Below, in pieces: positions 17,930 through 26,887 of a stretch of 32,000 nt of DNA. The DNA lies in contig NZ_LN831024.1 in NCBI RefSeq assembly GCF_001457615.1, forward strand, positions 4,080,001 to 4,112,000. The letters are read 5' to 3'. Each line of letters begins with the position of its first letter. Position 1 is the first letter of the stretch. A program made the translations under genes and the position numbers. Under the pieces are notes generated by a model. That model made no database searches and was not told where the DNA came from. It saw only the letters and a list, made by a program, of their open reading frames with translations. Source of the stretch: Pseudomonas aeruginosa (lineage in GTDB: Bacteria; Pseudomonadota; Gammaproteobacteria; Pseudomonadales; Pseudomonadaceae).

Positions 17930-20485
17930 TCAGAAGAACTGGGTGACGCTGATCTTGGCGTTGCGTCCCTGGCTGTAGACCAGGTCGCCGCCCAGCGGCT
18001 GGCGATAGGAGCGGTTGAACAGGTTGTCCACGGTGAAGTCGATGCGGGTGTCCTTCAGGCCCAGCTTGGCCGGGACCCACTCGGCGAACAGCCGATGAGT
18101 GTCGTAGCTGTCGTTGGCCGCGTGATCCCAGTAGATATCGCCGGAACCGGTACCCATCCCGCCGCTGTAGCGATCGCTGGGCAGGCGGTCGGTCTTGCGC
18201 ACGAACTCGCCCTGCCAGCCGAGCTTGGCATCCCATTCCGGAACCTTCAGGCCGAGCATGGCCACCCACTTCGGCGGCGGGATGTCGCGCGCCCACACGT
18301 TCGGTCCCCAGGGATTGCTGTAGGCCCCATCGTGCTTGCCGGTCATCCACGAGTAGGACAGGCTGCCGAACAGCCGCTGGCTGTCGTAGAAGCTCTCGAT
18401 CTCGAAGCCCTTGATGGTCAGGCCCGGCAAGTTGCGGTAGTTGCTCAGCGGCAGCATGTCGCCGCAGCTACCACCGATACTGCCGTTGTCGATCGACTGC
18501 TCGCGGCAGCCGACGCTGCGGGTGCGGAATATCTCGTCCTTGATGCGGTTCTGGAACAACGTGGTGCGGATCTGGAGGCTGTCGCCGGCGACCAGCAGGT
18601 CCGGCAGGTTGATCACGCTGCCGCCACGGATCGCATGGATGCGCTCGGCGTCCAGGTCGCGGCTGCTGCCACCGATGGTCGAACTGTTCTGCACTTCGTA
18701 CTGCTCGTCGATCACCGGCGCTCGCCAGGTCTCGGTGTAGTCGGCGAAGAACGCCAGGTTCGGCGTCGCGGTCCAGAACACCGACAGCCGCGGCGACCAG
18801 CCGGAGTAGGTCTGGGCGCGATAGTCATGGCCGAGCTTGGGATTGTCGTAGATCGGCGCCAGGTTGGCCTGGCCGTCGTTGCGCACGCTGTCGAAGCGCA
18901 TCGATGGGGTGACAGTCAGGCTGCCGTAGGTGATCGCGTCCTGGATGTAGAAGCTCTGCGTGTCCTGCTTGCCGGCCGGCATGAATGCCGGTTGCAGCCA
19001 GCCGTAGTTGTAGCGCGGGGTCTCGTAGGTCTTGCCCGGCATGTGCATGAGGATGTCGCGCTTGTGCTTGTGCAGCGCCGCGCCCAGGGTCAGCTCGTGC
19101 TGTAGCGCTCCGGTATCGAAACGGCTGGTGTTGCGCAGTTCCAGGACCTTGTCCTGGTACTCGGTACGCATCCGCTTGCCACCGGTGGCGAGCTGGTAGA
19201 AGGCGGTGTCCTCGCGACGGTCGAGTTGCTCGGTGCGGGCGTCGGAATAGCTCAGTTGCAGGTCGATCCAGGGGTTGTCCAGCGGATGGTAGTTGTACTT
19301 GCCGGTCCAGGTGGTGTCGGTGGTATCGCGGTGGGCCAGCAGGCGGGTCAGGCCCAGCTCGTAGCCGTAGCGGTCGATGGTCCACTGGCTCGGCGGGGTC
19401 GGGTAGCTGCTGGCGGAGAACGGCGTCCAGCGCGAGCTTTTCGAGCGCAGGTAGGTGAAACCCAGGTCGTGCTCCTCGGTGGGGTGCAGGTTGAGCTTGA
19501 ACAGGCCGGTCTTCTCGTCCTGGGCGCTGTTGGGCAGGCGCTTGGGGTTGATCGGGTAGTCGGTGGGCGACAGCGGCAGGTTGTCGGCCAGCTTCATGTC
19601 GCGGCCGTCGCGACCGTTGAGATAGAGCAGGGCATCGACGCGGCGGTCTTCGCTGCGACCGAACACGGCGCCGGAGTAGATCTTCTGCTGGTCGTTGGAG
19701 TGATAGCCGTACTTGAGCATGGCGCCGACGTCGCGGCCTTCGCGCAGCAGGTCCGGCGCGTCCTTGGTCTCCATGTGCACGGTGCCGCCGAAGCCGCCAT
19801 TGCCGGTGAACACCGAGTGCGGTCCCTTCTCCACCTCGATGCGCTTGATCATTTCCGGTTCGATGAACACGGTGCCCTGCTGGTAGCGCTCGAAGCCGCT
19901 CTTCTGCGCGCCGTCCAGGGTATAGGGCACGTCCTCGGCGTCGCCCAGGCCCCAGATGTTGGTGGTCTGTCCGCCCGGCTTGGGCGAGCCGCCCATGGTC
20001 ACTCCGGGCAGGGTCTGCAGCAGGCTGGGGATGTTGTCCGCCTGCTGGCGTTCGATATCCCGCCGGGTCAGGGTCGAACGGCCGACGTTGCTGGCGTCCA
20101 CTTCGCGACCGTTGCCGACGATGGTCTGCGCGTCCAGTTGCAGAGCGTTGTCGCTGTAGGCATCGACCTGGCGCCGGCGCACCACGTAGCCGCCGCCCGC
20201 CTCCACCAGCTCCAGCTCGGAACCGACCAGCAACCGCTCCAGCGCCTCGCGCACCCCGTAGCTGCCGCTCAGCGCCGGAGCGCGCAGGCCCCGCAGGAGC
20301 GACTCGTCGAACAGCACCTGGACCTGCGCCTGCTGCGCCAGGCGCGACAGCGAGGCGGCCAGCGGCTGCGCCGGCAGGTCGAAGCGTCGTTCGGCAGCGC
20401 TGGCGCCGGCGGCCCACAACGCGGCGCCGAGTACGGCGGCGGAACACAGCGGGCGCCAGGCGGCGCGGGTGAAAGGCAAGGTCAT
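17930..20485 (-). CDS. hxuA: TonB-dependent outer-membrane transducer (receptor with N-terminal signalling domain), heme-uptake Hxu system
   Basis: Track ORF 17930..21616 trimmed to the ATG at 20485, which has GGGGAGAG 7 nt upstream. The product is 851 aa. It has a signal peptide (AALWAAGASAAE), an STN-type signalling domain (FDLPAQPLAASLSRLAQQAQVQVLFDESL), a plug (NIPSLLQTLPGVTMGG) and a beta-barrel ending in the terminal Phe (VTQFF). The gene name is from my memory of the P. aeruginosa literature. Confidence 0.9.
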   Translation of the reverse strand: MTLPFTRAAWRPLCSAAVLGAALWAAGASAAERRFDLPAQPLAASLSRLAQQAQVQVLFDESLLRGLRAPALSGSYGVREALERLLVGSELELVEAGGGYVVRRRQVDAYSDNALQLDAQTIVGNGREVDASNVGRSTLTRRDIERQQADNIPSLLQTLPGVTMGGSPKPGGQTTNIWGLGDAEDVPYTLDGAQKSGFERYQQGTVFIEPEMIKRIEVEKGPHSVFTGNGGFGGTVHMETKDAPDLLREGRDVGAMLKYGYHSNDQQKIYSGAVFGRSEDRRVDALLYLNGRDGRDMKLADNLPLSPTDYPINPKRLPNSAQDEKTGLFKLNLHPTEEHDLGFTYLRSKSSRWTPFSASSYPTPPSQWTIDRYGYELGLTRLLAHRDTTDTTWTGKYNYHPLDNPWIDLQLSYSDARTEQLDRREDTAFYQLATGGKRMRTEYQDKVLELRNTSRFDTGALQHELTLGAALHKHKRDILMHMPGKTYETPRYNYGWLQPAFMPAGKQDTQSFYIQDAITYGSLTVTPSMRFDSVRNDGQANLAPIYDNPKLGHDYRAQTYSGWSPRLSVFWTATPNLAFFADYTETWRAPVIDEQYEVQNSSTIGGSSRDLDAERIHAIRGGSVINLPDLLVAGDSLQIRTTLFQNRIKDEIFRTRSVGCREQSIDNGSIGGSCGDMLPLSNYRNLPGLTIKGFEIESFYDSQRLFGSLSYSWMTGKHDGAYSNPWGPNVWARDIPPPKWVAMLGLKVPEWDAKLGWQGEFVRKTDRLPSDRYSGGMGTGSGDIYWDHAANDSYDTHRLFAEWVPAKLGLKDTRIDFTVDNLFNRSYRQPLGGDLVYSQGRNAKISVTQFF

Positions 20486-20574
20486 GCTGGAACTCTCCCC
20501 AAGTGACTGCTGGATGTCGCCGGCAGCGGCGACGGACAGCAGAGAAGACGCAGCAGGGAGAAAAACCCACATAT

Positions 20575-20598
20575 ACGAATGAAAAATATTTTCATTAA
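20575..20598 (-). promoter_or_regulatory. candidate ECF (iron-starvation type) promoter of hxuA: TTAAT-N16-CGT
   Basis: The minus strand reads GTTAATGAAAATATTTTTCATTCGTAT. TTAAT (20598..20594) and CGT (20577..20575) are 16 nt apart, close to the TAAAT-N16-CGT pattern described for PvdS/FecI-type sigma factors. It sits 90 nt upstream of the hxuA ATG, in the 128-bp gap after hxuR. Confidence 0.4.
20578..20596. promoter_or_regulatory. Fur-box-like 19-bp palindrome AATGAAAA-nnn-TTTTCATT
   Basis: Perfect 8-bp arms. By my hand alignment on the minus strand, 14 of 19 positions match GATAATGATAATCATTATC. It occupies the spacer of the putative ECF promoter. Confidence 0.45.
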
Positions 20599-20613
20599 CG
20601 CTGACGACGCGCC

Positions 20614-21597
20614 TCAGCGCGCCAGGATCAGCACCTCGCCACCAGCCTGCGGCTGCACCCGCACCGGCAATAGCGCCGGCAGGGCGAGGAGAAAATCGTC
20701 GGGGCGGGCGATCCGCACCGTACCGGAGACCCGCTTGCCGGCAAGCCGGGGATCTCCCAGGCGGATCGGCGCGGCGCGATAGCGCGACAGTTCCTCCACC
20801 AGTTCGCCCAGCGGCTTGTCGCGGAACACCAGTTGCCCATCGCGCCAACTGGCGACCTGCTCCGGCGCCACATGGCCGAGGTCCAGGCGCTGGTCGGCGA
20901 GGTCCAGGCGCGCGCTGTCGCCAGCCAGCAGCACATGTTCGGCATCCTTCTCCAGGGACGGCTGCAACGCCACGCGCCCCTGTTTCACCGCCACGGCGAG
21001 GGCCTGCGCGTTGCGCCGGACGCTGAACTGGGTACCGAGTACGGTGACCCGGCTGTCGCCGCTGCCGACCCGGAAAGGCCGGGCCGGATCGTGGCTGACC
21101 ACGAAGAACACCTCGCCTTTCTTCAACAGCACGTCGCGGGTGCGCTCGGCGTAACGCACCTGCACCTGGGTATCGACGTCGAGGAACAGCTTCGATCCGT
21201 CCGCCAGGACCACCTCGCGCTGCTCGCCAGGTGCCGTGCCGTAGGCGAGGTTCGGTCCGAGCGACTGGTCGCGCCAGAACAGGGTGGCGACGAGCAGCGC
21301 GCAGAATACGAAGAACGCCGCCGCCAGCGCCCGGGGCAGGCGCCAGGCCGGCACCGGCTCGGGAATATCGTCCAGCGCCGGGCGCGGCAGGCCGTCGAAC
21401 TCGCGCCAGAGCCGCTCCATGCCCTCGAGCGCTTCGCGATGGCGCGGATCGGCGCGTAGCCAATCCTCCAGCTCGGCCCGGCAGGCAGCGCTGAAATGCC
21501 CGGAACGACGCCGGCTGAACCAGTAGGCGGCGCGGTGATCGATGTCCTCTTCGGTTTCGTCTGCGAACAGCGGTTCCAGTCGTTCCAGCGGCTTCAT
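20614..21597 (-). CDS. hxuR: FecR-type transmembrane anti-sigma factor / sensor
   Basis: Track ORF trimmed to the ATG at 21597, giving 327 aa. It has an N-terminal anti-sigma segment (AAYWFSRRRSG), one TM helix (ALAAAFFVFCALLVATLFW) and a periplasmic FecR domain. Its ATG overlaps the sigma gene stop (ATGA, 21597..21594). Confidence 0.88.
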   Translation of the reverse strand: MKPLERLEPLFADETEEDIDHRAAYWFSRRRSGHFSAACRAELEDWLRADPRHREALEGMERLWREFDGLPRPALDDIPEPVPAWRLPRALAAAFFVFCALLVATLFWRDQSLGPNLAYGTAPGEQREVVLADGSKLFLDVDTQVQVRYAERTRDVLLKKGEVFFVVSHDPARPFRVGSGDSRVTVLGTQFSVRRNAQALAVAVKQGRVALQPSLEKDAEHVLLAGDSARLDLADQRLDLGHVAPEQVASWRDGQLVFRDKPLGELVEELSRYRAAPIRLGDPRLAGKRVSGTVRIARPDDFLLALPALLPVRVQPQAGGEVLILAR

Positions 21598-22121
21598 CCT
21601 TCGCCTCCCTGGCCAAGCCGCCGCTTGCAGTGCAGCAAGGCGCTGGCGATGTGCTTTTCCACCATGCTCAGGGAGATTCCCATGCGCTCGGCCACTTCGA
21701 CCTGGGACAGGCCGTCGAACTTGTGCAGGACGAACGCTTCGCGCCGCCGCGGCGGCAGCTCGGCCAGCGCGGCCGCCAGGTGGCTGAGGCGCTGCTGCTG
21801 TTCGAAACGCTCGCCCGGCCCGGCCGCCTCGCCTTCCAGCGCGGCGGGTTCGTCGTTCGCCGCCGGCCGGTCGATATCCTGGCCGCGGCTCTGCTGCCGG
21901 CGCCAATGGTCGCGCAACAGGTTGCGGGCGATCTGGAAAAGAAATGCGCGCGGCTGCTCGACCGATTGCCGGCCCGGCCATTTCAGCCACTGGGCGAAAG
22001 TATCCTGGGCGAGGTCGGCGGCGTCCGCCGAACTGCCCAGGTGCTTGCGCAGGAAGCGCAGCAACTCGCCATGGAACGCCTGATAGGCATGCGAGACGGA
22101 ACCACGGAAGCGCTCATCCAT
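21594..22121 (-). CDS. hxuI: ECF sigma-70 family factor (FecI-like)
   Basis: Track ORF trimmed to the ATG at 22121, which has GGAGGA 7 nt upstream, giving 175 aa. Region 2 reads DLAQDTFAQWL...FLFQIARNLLRDHWR. The region 4 HTH reads REAFVLHKFDGLSQVEVAERMGISLSMVEKHI. Confidence 0.88.
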   Translation of the reverse strand: MDERFRGSVSHAYQAFHGELLRFLRKHLGSSADAADLAQDTFAQWLKWPGRQSVEQPRAFLFQIARNLLRDHWRRQQSRGQDIDRPAANDEPAALEGEAAGPGERFEQQQRLSHLAAALAELPPRRREAFVLHKFDGLSQVEVAERMGISLSMVEKHIASALLHCKRRLGQGGEG

Positions 22122-22218
22122 CCGTGCATCCTCCGGCGGCGCCCCCCGCGCCGTTGACCCGCTGCAACACCTCGCCTCCCCGCTTCCGTCGGATACGGAA
22201 GTCCCTTGCAAATATGCG

Positions 22219-22237
22219 AATGATAATACATATCATT
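22219..22237. promoter_or_regulatory. Fur box upstream of hxuI
   Basis: AATGATA-ataca-TATCATT has perfect 7-bp arms. By hand alignment, 14 of 19 positions match GATAATGATAATCATTATC, including a 9/9 AATGATAAT core. It lies about 100 nt upstream of the hxuI ATG, in the AT-richest part of the gap. Confidence 0.7.
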
Positions 22238-22269
22238 TCACAAGGTAAGGAAGTGCGACGGACGCGAGC

Positions 22270-22719
22270 TCAGCCGGCGCGGAAGATCAGGTAGTCCTCC
22301 CAGTCGTCCTCGGCCACCTGGGTCTCGCTGAGCATGCGCCCGGACTGGGAAATGCGTTCCTTGTGGACCCGCTCCGGGTCGCCGCAGACCAGGTGGTGCC
22401 AGAGCGGCAGGTCCTTGCCTTCGGCAACCAGGCGATAGCCGCAGGTCGGCGGCAACCACTGGAACTCGTCGGCCTGCGCCGGGGTGAGCTGGATACAGTC
22501 GGGGACGAAACGGATGCGCTCGGCGTAGTTGGTGCAGCGGCAGCTTTGCAGGTCGAGCAGCTTGCAGGCGATACGCGTGTAGTAGACGCTGCCGTCGTCC
22601 TCGTCCTCGAGCTTCTGCAGGCAGCACAGGCCGCAACCGTCGCACAGCGACTCCCACTCGTCCTGGTCGAGTTGGGCGAGGGTCTTGCGTTTCCAGAAGG
22701 GTTCGACTTTGGCGGCCAT
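22270..22719 (-). CDS. ycgN: YcgN-family (UPF0260) Cys-rich protein
   Basis: Track ORF trimmed to the ATG at 22719, giving 149 aa. It begins [43 protein letters not shown] and has a later CRCTNY cluster. This is the pattern I associate with E. coli YcgN. Confidence 0.8.
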   Translation of the reverse strand: MAAKVEPFWKRKTLAQLDQDEWESLCDGCGLCCLQKLEDEDDGSVYYTRIACKLLDLQSCRCTNYAERIRFVPDCIQLTPAQADEFQWLPPTCGYRLVAEGKDLPLWHHLVCGDPERVHKERISQSGRMLSETQVAEDDWEDYLIFRAG

Positions 22720-22795
22720 GGCATCGGGGGCTGGTGAAAAGGCGCGATAGTCTAGTCCCCCGCCCCCTCCAGGCCAAGCACCGGCCGGCACATGG

Positions 22796-23071
22796 CTACT
22801 TCAGGTAGGAACGCAGCGCGGTCACCACCAGTTCCAGGTCTTCGCGACGCTGCTCCGCGCTCGCCTGCTCGGCGCCGAGGTGTTCGCGGATGTGCCCCTC
22901 CAGCACTTCGTTCATCAGGCCGTTCACCGCACCGCGGATCGCCGCGATCTGTTGCAGCACCGCCGCGCATTCGCTGCCCTCTTCCAGCGCCTGCTCCAGC
23001 GCCCGGGTCTGCCCGGCGATGCGGCGCACCCGCGCCAGGAGCTTCTTCTTCCCATGGATGGTATGGGCCAC
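22796..23071 (-). CDS. rcnR: RcnR/DmeR-type metal-responsive repressor (CsoR/RcnR family, DUF156)
   Basis: There is no in-frame ATG. A GTG at 23071 has AGGAG 6 nt upstream and gives 91 aa. [23 protein letters not shown] is nearly identical to the E. coli RcnR core as I recall it. The ligand fingerprint H3-C35-H60-H64 is intact. Confidence 0.85.
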   Translation of the reverse strand: MAHTIHGKKKLLARVRRIAGQTRALEQALEEGSECAAVLQQIAAIRGAVNGLMNEVLEGHIREHLGAEQASAEQRREDLELVVTALRSYLK

Positions 23072-23088
23072 CGCTCTCTCCTCAAGGT

Positions 23089-23111
23089 AATATACTGGGG
23101 TATAGTATATT
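23089..23111. promoter_or_regulatory. RcnR-type operator AATATACT-GGGGTAT-AGTATATT (TACT-G4N3-AGTA core)
   Basis: Perfect 8-bp arms flank a G-tract. The TACT/AGTA spacing of 7 nt equals the E. coli TACT-G6-N-AGTA operator architecture. It sits between the rcnR GTG (17 nt away) and the CDF gene ATG (27 nt away). Confidence 0.7.
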
Positions 23112-23138
23112 TTCGACGTCTCGACAGGACAGTAGCAA

Positions 23139-24134
<996 letters not shown>

Positions 24135-24145
24135 GGGAACGCGGC

Positions 24146-25078
24146 TCAGTAGCCGCGAGCGAAGTCCACCTCGCCGCGCATGGCGGTACCCGCCCAGAAG
24201 CGCGCGAGGTTGTCTCGGAACAGTTCGACCATCGCCCCCGGCAGGGTCGGCGCGGCGGTGTGCCCGGTCAGCAAGAGGCGCGGGGTATGCCAGAACAGGT
24301 GGTTGGCCGGCAGCGGCTCTTCGCGGCAGACGTCGATCACCGCGCCGGCCAGTTGGTTGTTCTCCAGTGCCGCCACCAGGTCGGCGTCCACCACCGCGAC
24401 ACCACGCCCGGCATTGATGAACAGCGCCGTGGGCTTGAGCCGGGCGAACAGCGCACGGTCGTAGATGTCGTGGGTATCGGGGGTGTCGGGCAGCAGGTTG
24501 ATCAGGTAGTCGGCCGTCTCCACCAGGCGACCGAGGTCGTCGAGCGACCCCATGCGGTTGAACGGCACCAGCGAACGCGGATTCTTCGCCACCCCGGTCA
24601 GGTCCATGCCGAAGCCGGACAGGGTATGCGCCACCGCCTGGCCGATCTCCCCGGTGCCCACGATCACCACCTGCCGGCCACGCAACCCGCCAGGCGTGCG
24701 GCTATCCCATTGCGAACCGACCTGGCTGGCCAGGCGACCGAGGAACTGGCGCTCGTGGGCGAGCATGTAGGTCAGCAGGTATTCGCTCATCACCTGGCCG
24801 AAGATGCCTACCGCGCGTGTCAGGCTGTAGTCCTTCGGCAGGTCGGCGGCCAGCAGCGGCGTGATGCCCGCCCAGGTCGACTGCACCCAGACCGGATGCA
24901 CGCCCTGGCGCAGCATCTGCGCCACCAGGTCGGGCTGGCCGAGCCAGATCGAGCACTCGCTGGCGGCGTCGATGAGCTGCAGGGGATCGTCCCCCGCCAC
25001 CACCTTCAGGCTGGGGTCGGCCGCCATCAGCAGCGCGGCATAGAGAGCGTGGTCACGTTCGAGAATCAGCAAGCGCAT
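24146..25078 (-). CDS. D-isomer-specific 2-hydroxyacid dehydrogenase family, NAD(P)-binding
   Basis: 310 aa. It has the Rossmann motif VVIVGTGEIGQAVA, the motifs FINAGRG and DV..EEPLP, and LLTGHTA containing the catalytic His. Confidence 0.87.
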   Translation of the reverse strand: MRLLILERDHALYAALLMAADPSLKVVAGDDPLQLIDAASECSIWLGQPDLVAQMLRQGVHPVWVQSTWAGITPLLAADLPKDYSLTRAVGIFGQVMSEYLLTYMLAHERQFLGRLASQVGSQWDSRTPGGLRGRQVVIVGTGEIGQAVAHTLSGFGMDLTGVAKNPRSLVPFNRMGSLDDLGRLVETADYLINLLPDTPDTHDIYDRALFARLKPTALFINAGRGVAVVDADLVAALENNQLAGAVIDVCREEPLPANHLFWHTPRLLLTGHTAAPTLPGAMVELFRDNLARFWAGTAMRGEVDFARGY

Positions 25079-25294
25079 GGGTCACACTGCCAAGCCGGAC
25101 AAGGGCTGGCGATCAGGCCGGAGAATATTGTTCTTTCATGCATCACGGCTCCTGGAGGGAAGCCCTCGAGAGCAGCAGGTTTGGCGCTGGTAGACCACGG
25201 TCGCTGCCAGGGGTTCCGCTATCGTGCGACATCTTGCGGACATCATGCACCGAAGGCGCAACCTTGCACAGAGCGGGTTTCACGTCGTGAAAGT

Positions 25295-25314
25295 GGCGCC
25301 GGGAAGCCGGCGCC
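25295..25314 (-). terminator. GC hairpin downstream of rnd-ycgL (probable terminator)
   Basis: GGCGCCGG-gaag-CCGGCGCC is a perfect 8-bp stem, 18 nt after the ycgL stop. On the minus strand only a short ACUUUC follows, so the U-tract is weak. A second perfect palindrome, TTTCACG-t-CGTGAAA (25278..25292), abuts it. Confidence 0.45.
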
Positions 25315-25332
25315 AGCGGGGTACGGCTCGCG

Positions 25333-25626
25333 TCAGAGCGGGTCGTTCATGCGCAGCAACTCTTCCGGGAGATGCTCGATGTACTCTTCTTCGCCCGGCG
25401 GCATCTGCAAGTGGAAGCCCTGCTTCTCGATGTTCTCCAGGACCTTGGCGACATCCTCGCGGGCCAGTTGGCGCTCGGGGGTGAGCAGCAGGTCGAAGAC
25501 ATGTTGCGGCGCGCCGAACGGCACCAGCAGGGCCTCGGGTACGCGGCTCAACGCCTCGCGCTTGTCGACGTAGAGGTACATCTCGTTCTTGCGCGGGCTC
25601 TTGTAGACGGAACAGATTCGTTTCAT
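25333..25626 (-). CDS. ycgL: YcgL-domain protein (UPF0745)
   Basis: 97 aa beginning [34 protein letters not shown], a typical YcgL pattern. Its ATG overlaps the rnd stop (ATGA, 25626..25623). Confidence 0.8.
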   Translation of the reverse strand: MKRICSVYKSPRKNEMYLYVDKREALSRVPEALLVPFGAPQHVFDLLLTPERQLAREDVAKVLENIEKQGFHLQMPPGEEEYIEHLPEELLRMNDPL

Positions 25627-26753
25627 GCGCTCTCCAGGGCGTCCAGCAGGGCCTGGCCCATGCGTTCGCGGCGCCAGCCGCGGAGGGAATCGGGCAGTTC
25701 GTAGGGACCGTCGGGATAGCCGCTCTTGAGCAGTGCCTCGAGGATCTTCTTGCGCAGCATCAGCTCAGGCGCCATGCCCAGGGTCTCCGCTTCGCGCTGG
25801 CCGATGGCGCGCAGGCTCTTGAGCAGCGGGGTGACCTCCGGCGGCAGCGGCTCGGGCAGCGCCTCGGGCCATTCGCTCTGCGGCAGGCGCGCAGCCTGGG
25901 CGATCAGTTCGATGAGGAAGTCGCCGTCCTGGCGCACGGTGCGCGGATGCATGTCTTCGATCGCCGCCAGGTCGGTCTTGTTCTTCGGCAGCAGGCGCGC
26001 CAGCGGCCACAGGGTACGTTCGCGCAGCACGTGGTTGCGCGGCCGGTTGCGCAGGCGTGCCTGCTCCTCGCGCCAGGCGCAGAGTTCGCGGAGCACCGCC
26101 AGTTGCTGCGGACGCAGCCGCCAACCCAGCTTGACCTCGCGGTAGGCCTCGCGCGGATCACTCTCGCGGCAGAGGTTGGCGACCAGTTCGGCGCCGTCCT
26201 CCAGCAGCCAGGCGCGTTTCTCCTCGCTCAGCCGCGCATCCAGGGCCAGGTAGACCTGGGCGAGGTGCTGGACGTCGTCGGCGGCGTAGCGCATCTGCAT
26301 CTCGGTGAGCGGCCGTTGCAACCAGTCGGAACGGGTCTCGTCCTTGGGCAGGTCGATGTCCAGCACCTCCTTCACCAGCTTCGAGTAGCCCATCGAATGG
26401 GCCATGCCGAGATAGGCGGCGGCCAACTGCGTATCGAACAGCGGCACCGGCAGGCTGCCGGTGAGGCGCAGGAACACCTCGAGGTCTTCGCTGCAGGCAT
26501 GCAGCACCTTCACCACCCGCTCGTCTTCGAGCAGCTCGGCGAAGGGGCTCCAGTCCTGGATCAGCAGCGGATCGATCAGCCACTCCTGCCGGCCATCGCC
26601 CACCTGCACCAGACCGGCCGCGGGATAGAAGGTATCGACGCGCATGAACTCGGTATCGAGCGCGAGGTACGGCTGTGTGCGCCATTCCCGGCATTGCTGC
26701 GCCAGGCTGGCATCATCGCGGATCCACTGGATTTCGGGCGCGGTCACGAACAT
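25623..26753 (-). CDS. rnd: ribonuclease D (DEDD 3'-5' exonuclease with HRDC domain)
   Basis: It has the [21 protein letters not shown] exonuclease motif I and YAADDVQHL motif III. The start is ambiguous: the ATG at 26753 abuts AAGGAG with no spacer, while the GTG at 26747 has a 6-nt spacer. The track start at 26816 adds 21 non-homologous codons. Confidence 0.9.
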   Translation of the reverse strand: MFVTAPEIQWIRDDASLAQQCREWRTQPYLALDTEFMRVDTFYPAAGLVQVGDGRQEWLIDPLLIQDWSPFAELLEDERVVKVLHACSEDLEVFLRLTGSLPVPLFDTQLAAAYLGMAHSMGYSKLVKEVLDIDLPKDETRSDWLQRPLTEMQMRYAADDVQHLAQVYLALDARLSEEKRAWLLEDGAELVANLCRESDPREAYREVKLGWRLRPQQLAVLRELCAWREEQARLRNRPRNHVLRERTLWPLARLLPKNKTDLAAIEDMHPRTVRQDGDFLIELIAQAARLPQSEWPEALPEPLPPEVTPLLKSLRAIGQREAETLGMAPELMLRKKILEALLKSGYPDGPYELPDSLRGWRRERMGQALLDALESA

Positions 26754-26887
26754 CTCCTTGGTCAAGTGCGGCGCATTATATAGAGCCTGGCGCCATGCGA
26801 GCATTCCGCTCGGCACCGCGCTTGCCGATGAGCGTAGCGAATGTCCATACTCCGCCCTTTGTCCGACAATCCGAACAAGGGAACTGC

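Noticed and set aside
20486-21616. N-terminal 377-codon extension making hxuA a 1228-aa protein
   Set aside because: The extension runs through the intergenic promoter and overlaps hxuR out of frame. It is Arg/Ala/Pro/Gly-rich junk. The ATG at 20485 has a good SD and is followed immediately by a signal peptide and STN domain.
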